Of a stretch of 45,822 nucleotides of DNA, positions 10,094-18,268 are shown piece after piece; the first letter of the stretch is position 1, and every line of letters starts with the position of its first letter. A model generated the notes under the pieces. That model was given only the letters and a program-made list of their open reading frames with translations, was not told the origin of the DNA and ran no database searches. A program made the position numbers and the translations under genes. The stretch is from Bacillota bacterium (lineage in GTDB: Bacteria > Bacillota > Bacilli > Alicyclobacillales > Alicyclobacillaceae): assembly GCA_021799255.1 (NCBI GenBank), contig JAJZAV010000001.1, positions 1 through 45,822 on the forward strand, given 5' to 3'.

Positions 10094-10397
10094 CACCATT
10101 ATTTACTATACCCGCGTTGGGTCGTCGTGCCGTAGGACGGACATCCACACCGTCCGTCAACCATTGTGACAGAGTTCGCTGATTGCAGAACTCGGCCGCG
10201 ATGGTTTGGCTTACCTTCAACGCCGATGGGGAACTTTGGGTGAAGATTGACGGCCTGGTAGATAGAAGCAGCGGGGCGAGAACCGCCGCATCGCGATAGG
10301 GTAGTTGGCTAATCTGCAAATTTTCTGTTATTTTAATGATCCTAGTTTGTTCTTCGCATTTTGTGTCCATAATGAAGCCAAGGAGGTGACTTGCAAC

Positions 10398-11480
10398 ATG
10401 GTGAAACGGCTCACTCACTTGTTTTTCGCTGCCATTGGTGTTGTCCTTGGTTATCAATACGCACCGTACTTATTTCAGACTACATTCCATCTTCCCTATC
10501 AACCGTTCAACAACCCTTGGTTTGGCGCGGCTCTCGGTGGCAGTTTGGTTCTTCTCGCGACCATGTCGCTCGTCAACTACGTGACAACGTTGATACGTTG
10601 GATGGAGGAAAGGCTGCAGAGGACACCGCTTCTCGACATTCTTGGCGGCACGGTTGGCATGGTTGTCGGTTTGCTCATCGTCTACTTGTTCACTCCTGAA
10701 TTTCGATCCATTCCTAAAGTGGGATTCTTGGTTCAGTTTTTCGTTGGAATTTTGTTGGCATACATTGGAGTGCGCATCGGTTTGACGAAGAGGGAAGACT
10801 TGATGTCCCTTTTTGCCGGACGATTGGGAACTCGTGAGAAGGAAAAGGAAAAGAAGCAGGCGTATAAGCTTGGGGAAGCAAAGTTGCTGGATACCAGCGT
10901 AATCATTGACGGGCGTATTGCAGATCTTGTTCAAACGGGTTTCCTTGACGGCATCTTGTTGATTCCGTCGTTCGTTCTTGGAGAACTTCAGCACATTGCC
11001 GACTCGTCCGACGTCTTGAAGCGCAATCGCGGACGACGAGGGTTAGACGTGCTAAATCGCATTCAGAAGGACTCCAAGGTGAAAGTTCACATCATCGAGA
11101 CGGACTACGATGATCTGACCGAAGTTGACAGCAAACTGGTTCGTTTGGCCAAAGAGACCTCAGGCAAGGTGGTCACCAACGACTTCAATTTGAACAAGGT
11201 ATGCGAACTGCAAGGCGTTGCCGTGCTTAATATCAACGATCTGGCCAATGCGCTTAAACCGGTCGTGTTGCCTGGTGAAGAATTGCAGGTTCAGGTAATC
11301 AAGGATGGCAAGGAGTACAATCAGGGCGTTGCGTACCTGGACGACGGTACCATGATTGTGATTGAAGGGGGACGGGAATACATCGGCGGGAAACTGGACG
11401 TCTTGGTTACCAGCGTTCTACAAACGTCGGCTGGCCGCATGATATTTGCGAAACCAAAGCTGCTCGAAAGAGCTCTGTAA
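10398..11480 (+). CDS. yacL: PIN/TRAM-domain membrane protein (YacL family)
   Basis: N-terminal TM helices, a PIN-like [15 protein letters not shown]...[10 protein letters not shown] region and a C-terminal TRAM-like region. ATG 10398 lies 9 nt after AAGGAGGTGA. The track start at 10305 has no SD. Confidence 0.8.
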   Translation: MVKRLTHLFFAAIGVVLGYQYAPYLFQTTFHLPYQPFNNPWFGAALGGSLVLLATMSLVNYVTTLIRWMEERLQRTPLLDILGGTVGMVVGLLIVYLFTPEFRSIPKVGFLVQFFVGILLAYIGVRIGLTKREDLMSLFAGRLGTREKEKEKKQAYKLGEAKLLDTSVIIDGRIADLVQTGFLDGILLIPSFVLGELQHIADSSDVLKRNRGRRGLDVLNRIQKDSKVKVHIIETDYDDLTEVDSKLVRLAKETSGKVVTNDFNLNKVCELQGVAVLNINDLANALKPVVLPGEELQVQVIKDGKEYNQGVAYLDDGTMIVIEGGREYIGGKLDVLVTSVLQTSAGRMIFAKPKLLERAL

Positions 11481-11497
11481 GTAACGTTGCGGTTCCA

Positions 11498-11540
11498 ATC
11501 GACCCCCACGCAAGGTAGGGGTCGATTTCGCTGTATTTCC
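11498..11540 (+). terminator. Probable terminator after yacL
   Basis: ATCGACCCC (11498-11506) pairs with GGGGTCGAT (11517-11525), then a T-rich TTCGCTGTATTT tail. Confidence 0.5.
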
Positions 11541-11640
11541 CCCCCCGTGTCGGCTCCAAATTACACCAGGGCGCGTGAGGCCCAAGACCGCCCCAGAGAA
11601 GTTTCGAGGGGGAGCATGCGTAGAGGACGGGGGACAACAC

Positions 11641-12465
11641 TTGCAGTCGGATGGTAGTGTGAAAGCTGGAATCGTCGTCGCTGGCGGACAGGGCGTGCGC
11701 ATGGGCTTTAAGAAGCAGCATGCTCTGTTGGCGGGAGTCCCAATGTGGCTTAGGTCCACCGAAGTTCTGTTCGCGGGCGCAATGGATTTTGTCTACGTCG
11801 TTGTGCCAAGCGACGACCTGGAGACGGTAGATTCCCAGATTCGTGAGGCGAAGCTCCAACAGCGATGTTTTGCAGTGTCCGGTGGCGCGTCTAGATCTGA
11901 ATCCGTGTGGAACGGCTTGCAGGCCCTCGTCCGCCATCTCGACGCACGCAGTGGACAAGCGGCGGTAGGGTTCTCGAACCCTGGTCCAATCGCAGTGCCC
12001 ATGGAAAGTCTTCCTCGAATGGAGGAAGTCACGGTACTTGTGCATGATGCCGCACGACCGTTTGTCTCCCTCGGGGACGTTTGTTCTGTGGCGCGAAAAG
12101 CGGAGGTAACGGGGGCCGCGATACTGGCCCATCCGTGTAAGGACACGGTGAAACTCGTCGGATCCGATGTAATACAAGAAACCATCTCTAGGGACCGCCT
12201 GTGGCTTGCAGAAACTCCCCAGGCATTCCGGCTTTCTTTGCTATACGAGGCCTATCAACGTTTGGACAATCTCGAGTCGCCTACCGACGACGCAGCCGTC
12301 ATGGAATCCGCAGGGTATTTTGTATCCGTGGTGCCTTCTACATCGACGAACATGAAGATCACGACTCCAATGGATATGGAGTTCGCGTTGTGGTATGCGG
12401 AGAAGCTGTGGGGAAATGGTAATGGAAGGGGCAATCCAGTTGATTCGGGTGGGAATGGGATTTGA
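11641..12465 (+). CDS. ispD: IspD, 2-C-methyl-D-erythritol 4-phosphate cytidylyltransferase
   Basis: GIVVAGGQGVRMG, VLVHDAARPF and ETPQAFR motifs. The start is uncertain: TTG 11641 (6 nt after GGACGGGGGA) or GTG 11659. The track start at 11575 is too long. Confidence 0.85.
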   Translation: MQSDGSVKAGIVVAGGQGVRMGFKKQHALLAGVPMWLRSTEVLFAGAMDFVYVVVPSDDLETVDSQIREAKLQQRCFAVSGGASRSESVWNGLQALVRHLDARSGQAAVGFSNPGPIAVPMESLPRMEEVTVLVHDAARPFVSLGDVCSVARKAEVTGAAILAHPCKDTVKLVGSDVIQETISRDRLWLAETPQAFRLSLLYEAYQRLDNLESPTDDAAVMESAGYFVSVVPSTSTNMKITTPMDMEFALWYAEKLWGNGNGRGNPVDSGGNGI

Positions 12466-12922
12466 TGTACACGAGTTTGCAGAAGGGCGAAGGTTGGTGC
12501 TTGGAGGCATTGAGATACCTCACCACGCGGGGCTTATGGGCCACTCGGACGCCGACGTCGTTCTCCATGCCTTGATGGATGCCCTCTTGGGTGCCCTCGC
12601 GCTTGGCGATATTGGAGTTCATTTTCCCAACACGGATGATGGGTATCGGGACGCCGACAGCACCGAGTTAACCGGACGTGTGATGGAACTCGTCCAATCG
12701 CGAGGCTATGTCGTAAACAACATCGATATCACGGTTCTCGCGGAAGCGCCCAAGTTGATGCCTTACAGGGAGGCTATGTCGAAAAGAATCGCACACCTCG
12801 TGGGATGCGAGGTTGGGCAGGTTAGCTTGAAGGCCACGACCATGGAAGGCATGGGCTTTGTGGGGCGGCGTGAGGGAATGGCGGCCATGGCCGTCGCCAC
12901 GCTGCGCGTGCGTGAGGGTTGA
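12422..12922 (+). CDS. ispF: IspF, 2-C-methyl-D-erythritol 2,4-cyclodiphosphate synthase
   Basis: IRVGMGFDVHEF...GHSDADVVLHALMDALLGA motifs. Start is ATG 12422 or 12416. It overlaps the ispD 3' end. Confidence 0.9.
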   Translation: MEGAIQLIRVGMGFDVHEFAEGRRLVLGGIEIPHHAGLMGHSDADVVLHALMDALLGALALGDIGVHFPNTDDGYRDADSTELTGRVMELVQSRGYVVNNIDITVLAEAPKLMPYREAMSKRIAHLVGCEVGQVSLKATTMEGMGFVGRREGMAAMAVATLRVREG

Positions 12923-12937
12923 ATGTCTGGTGCCGAA

Positions 12938-12966
12938 TTGACATGGAACTCGGTGTCAAGCACAAT
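12938..12966 (+). promoter_or_regulatory. Candidate promoter for the cysS T-box leader
   Basis: TTGACA (12938-12943), 17-nt spacer, CACAAT (12961-12966). Confidence 0.45.
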
Positions 12967-13006
12967 GATATTATTGATTGTCTGAAGGACTACGGAAATG
13001 CATAGA

Positions 13007-13308
13007 GCATGATGATTAAGATGGGAAATAGTACCTGCGGCCGTGCTGGAACAGAGAGCGGACATCGTCGAAATGTTGCTTCGTGATATCTTCATGAACG
13101 TCGATGGGTGGAAATGTCCGTGTTAGGCGAGAGGGAAGTGCCCCCATCGACATCAGGAGGAACGGCTATCCGCGGCAGGAGATTGCCTAGTAAAACCTGA
13201 CGGACCCCTCCGTTATACGGGCAAAGGTGGGCGCAAGGCCGATGGCGGACGCGTCAACCAGAGTGGAACCGCGGAATACCCGTCTCTGGATGTTAGAGGC
13301 GGTTTTTT
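13007..13308 (+). promoter_or_regulatory. T-box riboswitch leader (tRNA-Cys by context) controlling cysS
   Basis: Stem I base has a GA/K-turn-like CATGATGATTAAGAT paired to ATCTTCATG. AGUA (13033-13036) faces GAAAUGUUGCU, which holds the Cys codons UGU/UGC (13074-13079). T-box core AGAGTGGAACCGCGG lies at 13260-13274 and a terminator follows. UGGA fits a U73 discriminator. Confidence 0.85.
13280..13308 (+). terminator. T-box expression-platform terminator
   Basis: CCGTCTCT pairs with AGAGGCGG (one G-U) around a 7-nt loop, then TTTTTT (13303-13308). Confidence 0.8.
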
Positions 13309-13322
13309 AGTGAGGAAGGACT

Positions 13323-14753
13323 GTGATTCGATTGGGTATCGTGCTATATAACACCTTGACTGGGCGCAAGGAACCGTTCGACACCATCGAGCCCGGGAAG
13401 GTTCGATTCTACGCTTGCGGCCCCACCGTGTACGACTTGTTTCACCTGGGAAACGCCCGCATGTTTGTCGTGTTCGATACCGTGCGCAGATACCTCGAGT
13501 ATCGAGGTTATGAGGTGCGTTACGTTCAGAATTTTACGGACGTCGATGACAAGATCATCGCGAGGGCAATTTCATCGGGAAAGGACGTACGCACGGTTGC
13601 GAATGAGAATATCCAAGCCTACTTCCATGACGCGAAGCAACTGGGCGTCGAAGAGGCCGACGTTCATCCTCGCGTGACTGAAAGCATGTCTGACATTATC
13701 CGATTTATCGATGACCTTGTTCGTCAAGGCCATGCGTATGAACAAAACGGCGACGTGTACTTTGACACATCGACGTTTCCGACATACGGGAAGCTCTCGC
13801 ATCAATCCGTTGAAGATCTGCGGGCGGGGTTTCGTATCGAGGTCAATACCGAGAAGAGGGATCCCACGGATTTTGCCCTGTGGAAGTCAGTTAAACCGGG
13901 CGAGGAGTACTGGGAAAGTCCTTGGGGTCCGGGCCGTCCGGGGTGGCATATCGAATGCTCTGTAATGAACCTGAAGTATCTCGGTGAGCAAATTGACATC
14001 CACGCGGGTGGACGAGACTTGGTGTTTCCGCACCATGAGAACGAGATCGCCCAAAGCGAGGCTCACTCCGGCAAACAGTTTGCTCGTTACTGGCTCCACA
14101 ACGGGACGTTGAACATCAACGGTGAGAAGATGTCCAAGTCCCTTGGGAATTTCATCACCGCGCGCGAGGTGTTGGACAAAAGGCCAGGCCGAGCCGTGCG
14201 GTACTATCTGCTAAGCGCTCAGTACCGACATCCGTTGAATTACACGGAGGAGGGGATGGAACAGGCGGTTCAAGCCATGGAACGCTTCGATGCGTGCCTG
14301 CGCAATCTTGCTCATCGATCGAATGCGTTGGACGAACTCCCTGACTTTGCAAAATCCCCAGGCGTTGACGAGGGGAAAACGTTCAAGACCGTCGAGTCGA
14401 TTCGCGATGACTTCGTCAGAGCCATGGACGACGACTTTAATACCGCGGATGGGATTACCGCGATTCATGAAGCCGTCCGCGAAGCCAACGCGTATCTGCT
14501 GCAAACCCAAGTAACGAAGAAGGGGCTCACAGCCTTTTCGTCTCTGATTCGTGAGCTCATGAATGCTTTAGGGTTGGTGGAAAAAGAGGATGTAAGTAGG
14601 GCGGATGAGGAAATTCTAAAACTCGTAGAGGAGAGGGAACTCGCTCGGAAGAATCGGAATTTCGCCAGGGCTGACGCGATACGAGACGAACTGCTGACGC
14701 GTGACATCGTCATTGAGGATACGGCACACGGTAGCCGGTGGTATCGGAAGTGA
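13323..14753 (+). CDS. cysS: Cysteinyl-tRNA synthetase
   Basis: Class I motifs HLGNAR (HIGH) and KMSKS, plus the WHIECS zinc-site region. GTG 13323 lies 6 nt after GAGGA. Confidence 0.95.
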   Translation: MIRLGIVLYNTLTGRKEPFDTIEPGKVRFYACGPTVYDLFHLGNARMFVVFDTVRRYLEYRGYEVRYVQNFTDVDDKIIARAISSGKDVRTVANENIQAYFHDAKQLGVEEADVHPRVTESMSDIIRFIDDLVRQGHAYEQNGDVYFDTSTFPTYGKLSHQSVEDLRAGFRIEVNTEKRDPTDFALWKSVKPGEEYWESPWGPGRPGWHIECSVMNLKYLGEQIDIHAGGRDLVFPHHENEIAQSEAHSGKQFARYWLHNGTLNINGEKMSKSLGNFITAREVLDKRPGRAVRYYLLSAQYRHPLNYTEEGMEQAVQAMERFDACLRNLAHRSNALDELPDFAKSPGVDEGKTFKTVESIRDDFVRAMDDDFNTADGITAIHEAVREANAYLLQTQVTKKGLTAFSSLIRELMNALGLVEKEDVSRADEEILKLVEERELARKNRNFARADAIRDELLTRDIVIEDTAHGSRWYRK

Positions 14754-15169
14754 AGGACGGTTGGAACCCCTCGGAAGTGCCCATACTGGCACTCGCGTTC
14801 ATGGGCGACGCCGTATGGCATGTCTACGTTCGGAATCACGTGCTGAAGAACGGAATCAGGCGGCCAGATCTGTTGCACAAGGCCGCCATTGGATACGCGA
14901 AGGCGGGCGCTCAGGCTAAGGCCATTTTGACGATGATGGGCGAACTGACGGAAGAAGAGCAAGCCGTCGTTCGGAGGGGAAGGAATGCCAAAAGCTCCCG
15001 CATGGCCAAGAACGCGGACGTAGTCGAATACCGATACAGCACGGGGTTTGAGGCCCTGATTGGTTTTCTCTACGGCGCTGGAGAGGCGAAGAGGTTAGAG
15101 GAAGTGTGTATGAGAGCTCTTACACTATTGGACAACGAAAGTGGGGTCAATCATGCAACGAACAAGTAG
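14738..15169 (+). CDS. mrnC: Mini-ribonuclease III
   Basis: LALAFMGDAVWHVYVR...NAKS..YRYSTGFEALIGFLY matches the RNase III-like Mini-III family. 143 aa. GTG start overlaps the cysS end (alternative GTG at 14750). Confidence 0.85.
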   Translation: MVSEVKDGWNPSEVPILALAFMGDAVWHVYVRNHVLKNGIRRPDLLHKAAIGYAKAGAQAKAILTMMGELTEEEQAVVRRGRNAKSSRMAKNADVVEYRYSTGFEALIGFLYGAGEAKRLEEVCMRALTLLDNESGVNHATNK

Positions 15170-16142
15170 AACCACGAACCGACGAGGCGATACGCCGTCA
15201 AGGCGACAGTCTGAGGGGCCAAGCCCAAGTGGGGGTAGATGGAAAAAGGACCGTGATGGGGACAAATTGACTCGGTCGGGAGCCGGGATGGGTAGGCGGG
15301 GCAGGAATTTTTCGCACGGTCGCCCTGGCAAAGAGATGGCCGGAGAGGCGCGCGATTCGAATAGGCGCAAACCGATAAGACGGGACGTCGCGGCACAACC
15401 CCTCGCTGCTGAGGCGACGGTCGAGGATTTCATCGTCGGAAGGCATCCGGTCCTAGAGGCGTTGAAATCAGGGAGGGCGGTAAATAAGCTTCTCGTTGCC
15501 GAGGGGTCAGAAGGGGGAAGCCTGACCGAAATCCTCGGCAAGGCCAAGGCGCAAGGAATCATTGTGCAACGAGTACCCCGATCCAAGCTGGATCATGTTG
15601 CTGGAGAGCACCATCAAGGGGTTCTGCTGTACGTGGCTCCTCACGATTACGCGTCGCTCGAGGACATCATTGCGGCGACAGCCAAGGGTCGCCCTTTGGT
15701 GGTTTTGCTGGACGAGGTGGAAGATCCGTACAATCTTGGTGCCATCCTCAGGACTGCGGAAGCGACGGGGGTGACAGGGGTGGTCATACCAAAGCGCAGA
15801 TCTGTTCCGCTTACCGGCGTTGTCGCGAAGACTGCTGCGGGGGCCGTCGAACACGTTCCCGTCGCCAGAGTGACCAATCTAGTTCAAGCCATCGAGCGCC
15901 TCCAGAAGGAAGGCTATTGGGTGGTAGGAGCGGATGCATCGGCGACCACGATGTACACCGAGACTACCTATACGGATTCCATCGCACTGGTCATTGGCGC
16001 GGAGGGCAAGGGCTTAAGCCGACTGGTAAAAGAACGCTGCGACTTCCTTGTCAAGCTGCCGATGTTGGGGCAACTGCAGAGTCTGAACGCTTCCGTGGCG
16101 ACAGGGGTACTCTTGTATGAAGTCGTCAGGCAAAGGAGTTAG
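15153..16142 (+). CDS. rlmB: 23S rRNA (Gm2251) 2'-O-methyltransferase RlmB (SpoU/TrmH family) with an Arg/Gly-rich N-terminal extension
   Basis: SpoU substrate-binding region (GRHPVLEALKSGRAVNKLLV) and SpoU motifs (LLDEVEDPYNLGAILRTAEA, IGAEGKGLS, LNASVA). The start (ATG 15153 or GTG 15141) is inferred from coupling to the mrnC stop at 15169. An internal start cannot be excluded. Confidence 0.8.
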   Translation: MQRTSRTTNRRGDTPSRRQSEGPSPSGGRWKKDRDGDKLTRSGAGMGRRGRNFSHGRPGKEMAGEARDSNRRKPIRRDVAAQPLAAEATVEDFIVGRHPVLEALKSGRAVNKLLVAEGSEGGSLTEILGKAKAQGIIVQRVPRSKLDHVAGEHHQGVLLYVAPHDYASLEDIIAATAKGRPLVVLLDEVEDPYNLGAILRTAEATGVTGVVIPKRRSVPLTGVVAKTAAGAVEHVPVARVTNLVQAIERLQKEGYWVVGADASATTMYTETTYTDSIALVIGAEGKGLSRLVKERCDFLVKLPMLGQLQSLNASVATGVLLYEVVRQRS

Positions 16143-16662
16143 TCCTCGAAGTGGCACGAGGCACTGTCTCGTGGTGGATGGGTACAACGTCTTGGCGGCC
16201 GGGAATCCACAGGGACTCCGTGGGATTGAGGATCTTGAGGCAGCTCGAGATCAATTGTGTGACAGGCTAGCTGGGTATCGCGCGTACTATGGAGAGGACG
16301 TGGCCGTGGTGTTTGATGCGTATCGAACGCCGAATCCGGCCACGGATTTTGAGAAATCTGGAATACGCGTGGTTTTCACAGATACGGGAGAGACGGCCGA
16401 CCACCGTATTGAGCGGCTTGTGTATGAACTCAGAGATACGTACAAGGAGATCACGGTTGCCACTTCGGACTCGGCGGAGCAGCAGACCGCATTTGGCGGG
16501 GGAGCCTTGCGCATCTCCGCCAGCGAGTTGATTCGAAGACTTGGGCTAGCAGAAAGGCGAATCCACAACGAGACGGAGAAATTAGGAAAACAAGGGAATC
16601 GTGTAATCGATTCCATTCGCCAAGATGTCGCTACTATACTGGAAAAATGGCGTAGACAGTGA
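16117..16662 (+). CDS. rae1: NYN-domain ribonuclease YacP/Rae1
   Basis: LVVDGYNVL...VVFDAY...TSD motifs and the conserved position between rlmB and sigH. Confidence 0.8.
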   Translation: MKSSGKGVSPRSGTRHCLVVDGYNVLAAGNPQGLRGIEDLEAARDQLCDRLAGYRAYYGEDVAVVFDAYRTPNPATDFEKSGIRVVFTDTGETADHRIERLVYELRDTYKEITVATSDSAEQQTAFGGGALRISASELIRRLGLAERRIHNETEKLGKQGNRVIDSIRQDVATILEKWRRQ

Positions 16663-16671
16663 TATGGATCA

Positions 16672-16701
16672 TTGATTCTAGTAGATTACATAATGTATAA
16701 T
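16672..16701 (+). promoter_or_regulatory. Sigma-A promoter upstream of sigH
   Basis: TTGATT (16672-16677), 18-nt spacer, consensus TATAAT (16696-16701). Confidence 0.6.
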
Positions 16702-16732
16702 GCACTCAATGTGATTAGCAATGCTGGGGTGA

Positions 16733-17389
16733 TTGACGTTGACAGCGCGGACGGAAGACAACGCCGTACTCCCTGTGGATGATAGGCCCGACGAAGATTT
16801 GGTAGAAGCGGTGCGAAACGGGGATAGTTCCGCGTTAGAGTACCTAATTCAGAAATATCGGAACTTTGTTCGCGCAAAGGCGCGCTCCTATTTTTTGATA
16901 GGGGCAGACAGGGAAGACATCGTTCAAGAAGGCATGATTGGTCTCTACAAGTCCATTCGTGATTTCCGAGAGGATAAGTTGGCATCTTTCAAAGCGTTTG
17001 CGGAATTGTGCATCACTCGCCAGATTATTACCGCCATTAAGACGGCCACCCGTCAAAAGCATATCCCTCTAAATTCATATGTGTCTTTGGACAAGCCCAT
17101 TTATGAAGAGGACTCGGACAGAACCCTGCTGGACATTATTCAGACGGCTCGGGTGTCGGATCCCGAGGAAATGATTATTCATCAGGAAGAATTCGACGAC
17201 ATCGAGCTTACGATGTCGGAACTTCTTAGTGATTTGGAGCGCAAGGTTCTCATGCTCTACCTGGATGGGCGCTCCTACCAGGAAATTGCGGTCGATCTCG
17301 ATAGGCACGTAAAGTCCATCGACAACGCGCTGCAAAGAGTAAAGCGCAAGCTTGAGAAGTATCTCACCGTGCGTAACATTCTTGCGTAG
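16733..17389 (+). CDS. sigH: RNA polymerase sigma factor SigH
   Basis: YRNFVRAKARSYFLIGADREDIVQEGMIGLYKSIRDF...FAELCITRQIITAIK is typical SigH region 2. There is also a region 4 HTH. TTG start at 16733 or 16739, after GGGGTGA. Confidence 0.9.
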   Translation: MTLTARTEDNAVLPVDDRPDEDLVEAVRNGDSSALEYLIQKYRNFVRAKARSYFLIGADREDIVQEGMIGLYKSIRDFREDKLASFKAFAELCITRQIITAIKTATRQKHIPLNSYVSLDKPIYEEDSDRTLLDIIQTARVSDPEEMIIHQEEFDDIELTMSELLSDLERKVLMLYLDGRSYQEIAVDLDRHVKSIDNALQRVKRKLEKYLTVRNILA

Positions 17390-17526
17390 CTTTGGCGAGA
17401 AAAACGGTGCCTGCATGGCCCGATGCTTTGCGTCGGCCACCGTCATCGTGCGGTCATATCTCCCCCCTATGCGTTGCGCCGTGTCGCTAGACGTAGCGTT
17501 GCACCTACCTGCATCACCCGGCCCGG

Positions 17527-17555
17527 TTGACACGAACTAGGTTTTGTGGTATCGT
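17527..17555 (+). promoter_or_regulatory. Promoter-like element (extended -10) between sigH and rpmG
   Basis: Consensus TTGACA (17527-17532), 17-nt spacer ending in TGG, then TATCGT (17550-17555). A terminator hairpin starts only 13 nt downstream, so its function is doubtful. Confidence 0.4.
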
Positions 17556-17567
17556 AGCTCAGTATCT

Positions 17568-17595
17568 AACCCCCGGAATCCGGGGTTGTATTTTT
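17568..17595 (+). terminator. Rho-independent terminator-like hairpin (sigH terminator or rpmG leader attenuator)
   Basis: AACCCCCGG-AAT-CCGGGGTT stem followed by GTATTTTT. Confidence 0.6.
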
Positions 17596-17673
17596 GTCTC
17601 GTAGGAAAGTGGCTTTGAACGGGTTTGGTCGTCCTGACTCGTTTGATGCTTGGCTGGAACAGGGGGTGCCACG

Positions 17674-17823
17674 ATGCGCGTCATCATTACGATGGCCTGT
17701 ACCGATTGCAAACAGCGGAATTACACGTCGGTTAAGAACAAGAAGAACGACCCGGACAGGCTGGAACTGAAGAAGTACTGCCCTCACTGCAACGGAAATC
17801 GCGTTCATCGCGAAACCCGATAA
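17674..17823 (+). CDS. rpmG: 50S ribosomal protein L33 (zinc-ribbon form)
   Basis: My own translation gives [49 protein letters not shown] (49 aa). SD is AGGGGGTG. Absent from the ORF track because it is under 60 aa. Confidence 0.9.
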   Translation: MRVIITMACTDCKQRNYTSVKNKKNDPDRLELKKYCPHCNGNRVHRETR

Positions 17824-17945
17824 ACGTCTGTCAAAGGTGCTGCACGAAGAAGCCTAGGCGGCGCTGCTGTTGGTGTCGCGTGGGCCTTTAAGGCATCGGG
17901 CCAACGCTCCATGCTGAACTTAAGTAAAAGATGGAGTTGTTTGAG

Positions 17946-18218
17946 ATGGCGAAGTCAAAACAAACCGTGACCCCGATTTCGCCTGGGGGCGAGGGGAACG
18001 ACAGGGAGAAAACGGATCGGGAGAACGTCGTCCGTCGGAGTGTACGATTCTTCGGCGAAACTGTGCATGAACTCAGGCGCGTCACATGGCCTACGCGCAA
18101 AGAAGTCGTCCAGTACACGGCCGCGGCTCTCATCACGTGCCTTGTCATGGGCCTTCTCGTTTTCGCCTTCGACGAGGGTGTCGCGAAGATCTTCGCACTG
18201 CTCGGTATCGGCGTTTAA
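17946..18218 (+). CDS. secE: Preprotein translocase subunit SecE
   Basis: FFGETVHELRRVTWPTRKEVVQYT followed by a TM helix. ATG 17946 lies 8 nt after GGAG. Confidence 0.88.
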   Translation: MAKSKQTVTPISPGGEGNDREKTDRENVVRRSVRFFGETVHELRRVTWPTRKEVVQYTAAALITCLVMGLLVFAFDEGVAKIFALLGIGV

Positions 18219-18268
18219 ACGATGAATAAATCGTGGTTACAGGGGGTGGAGGGCTATTGGCCCTCACC

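Noticed and set aside
10190-10300. GGGGAAC...TGGGTGAAGATTGACGG downstream of disA hinted at a c-di-AMP (ydaO-type) riboswitch.
   Set aside because: It shares only fragments of the ydaO consensus. The pseudo-twofold architecture and the conserved ACGGGG/CCGA elements are not evident, and yacL is not a typical regulated gene.
17550-17600. GTAGCTCAGT at 17555-17564 looks like a tRNA D-arm.
   Set aside because: No acceptor stem, anticodon arm or GTTCGAATC-type T-loop follows. The next element is a terminator hairpin.
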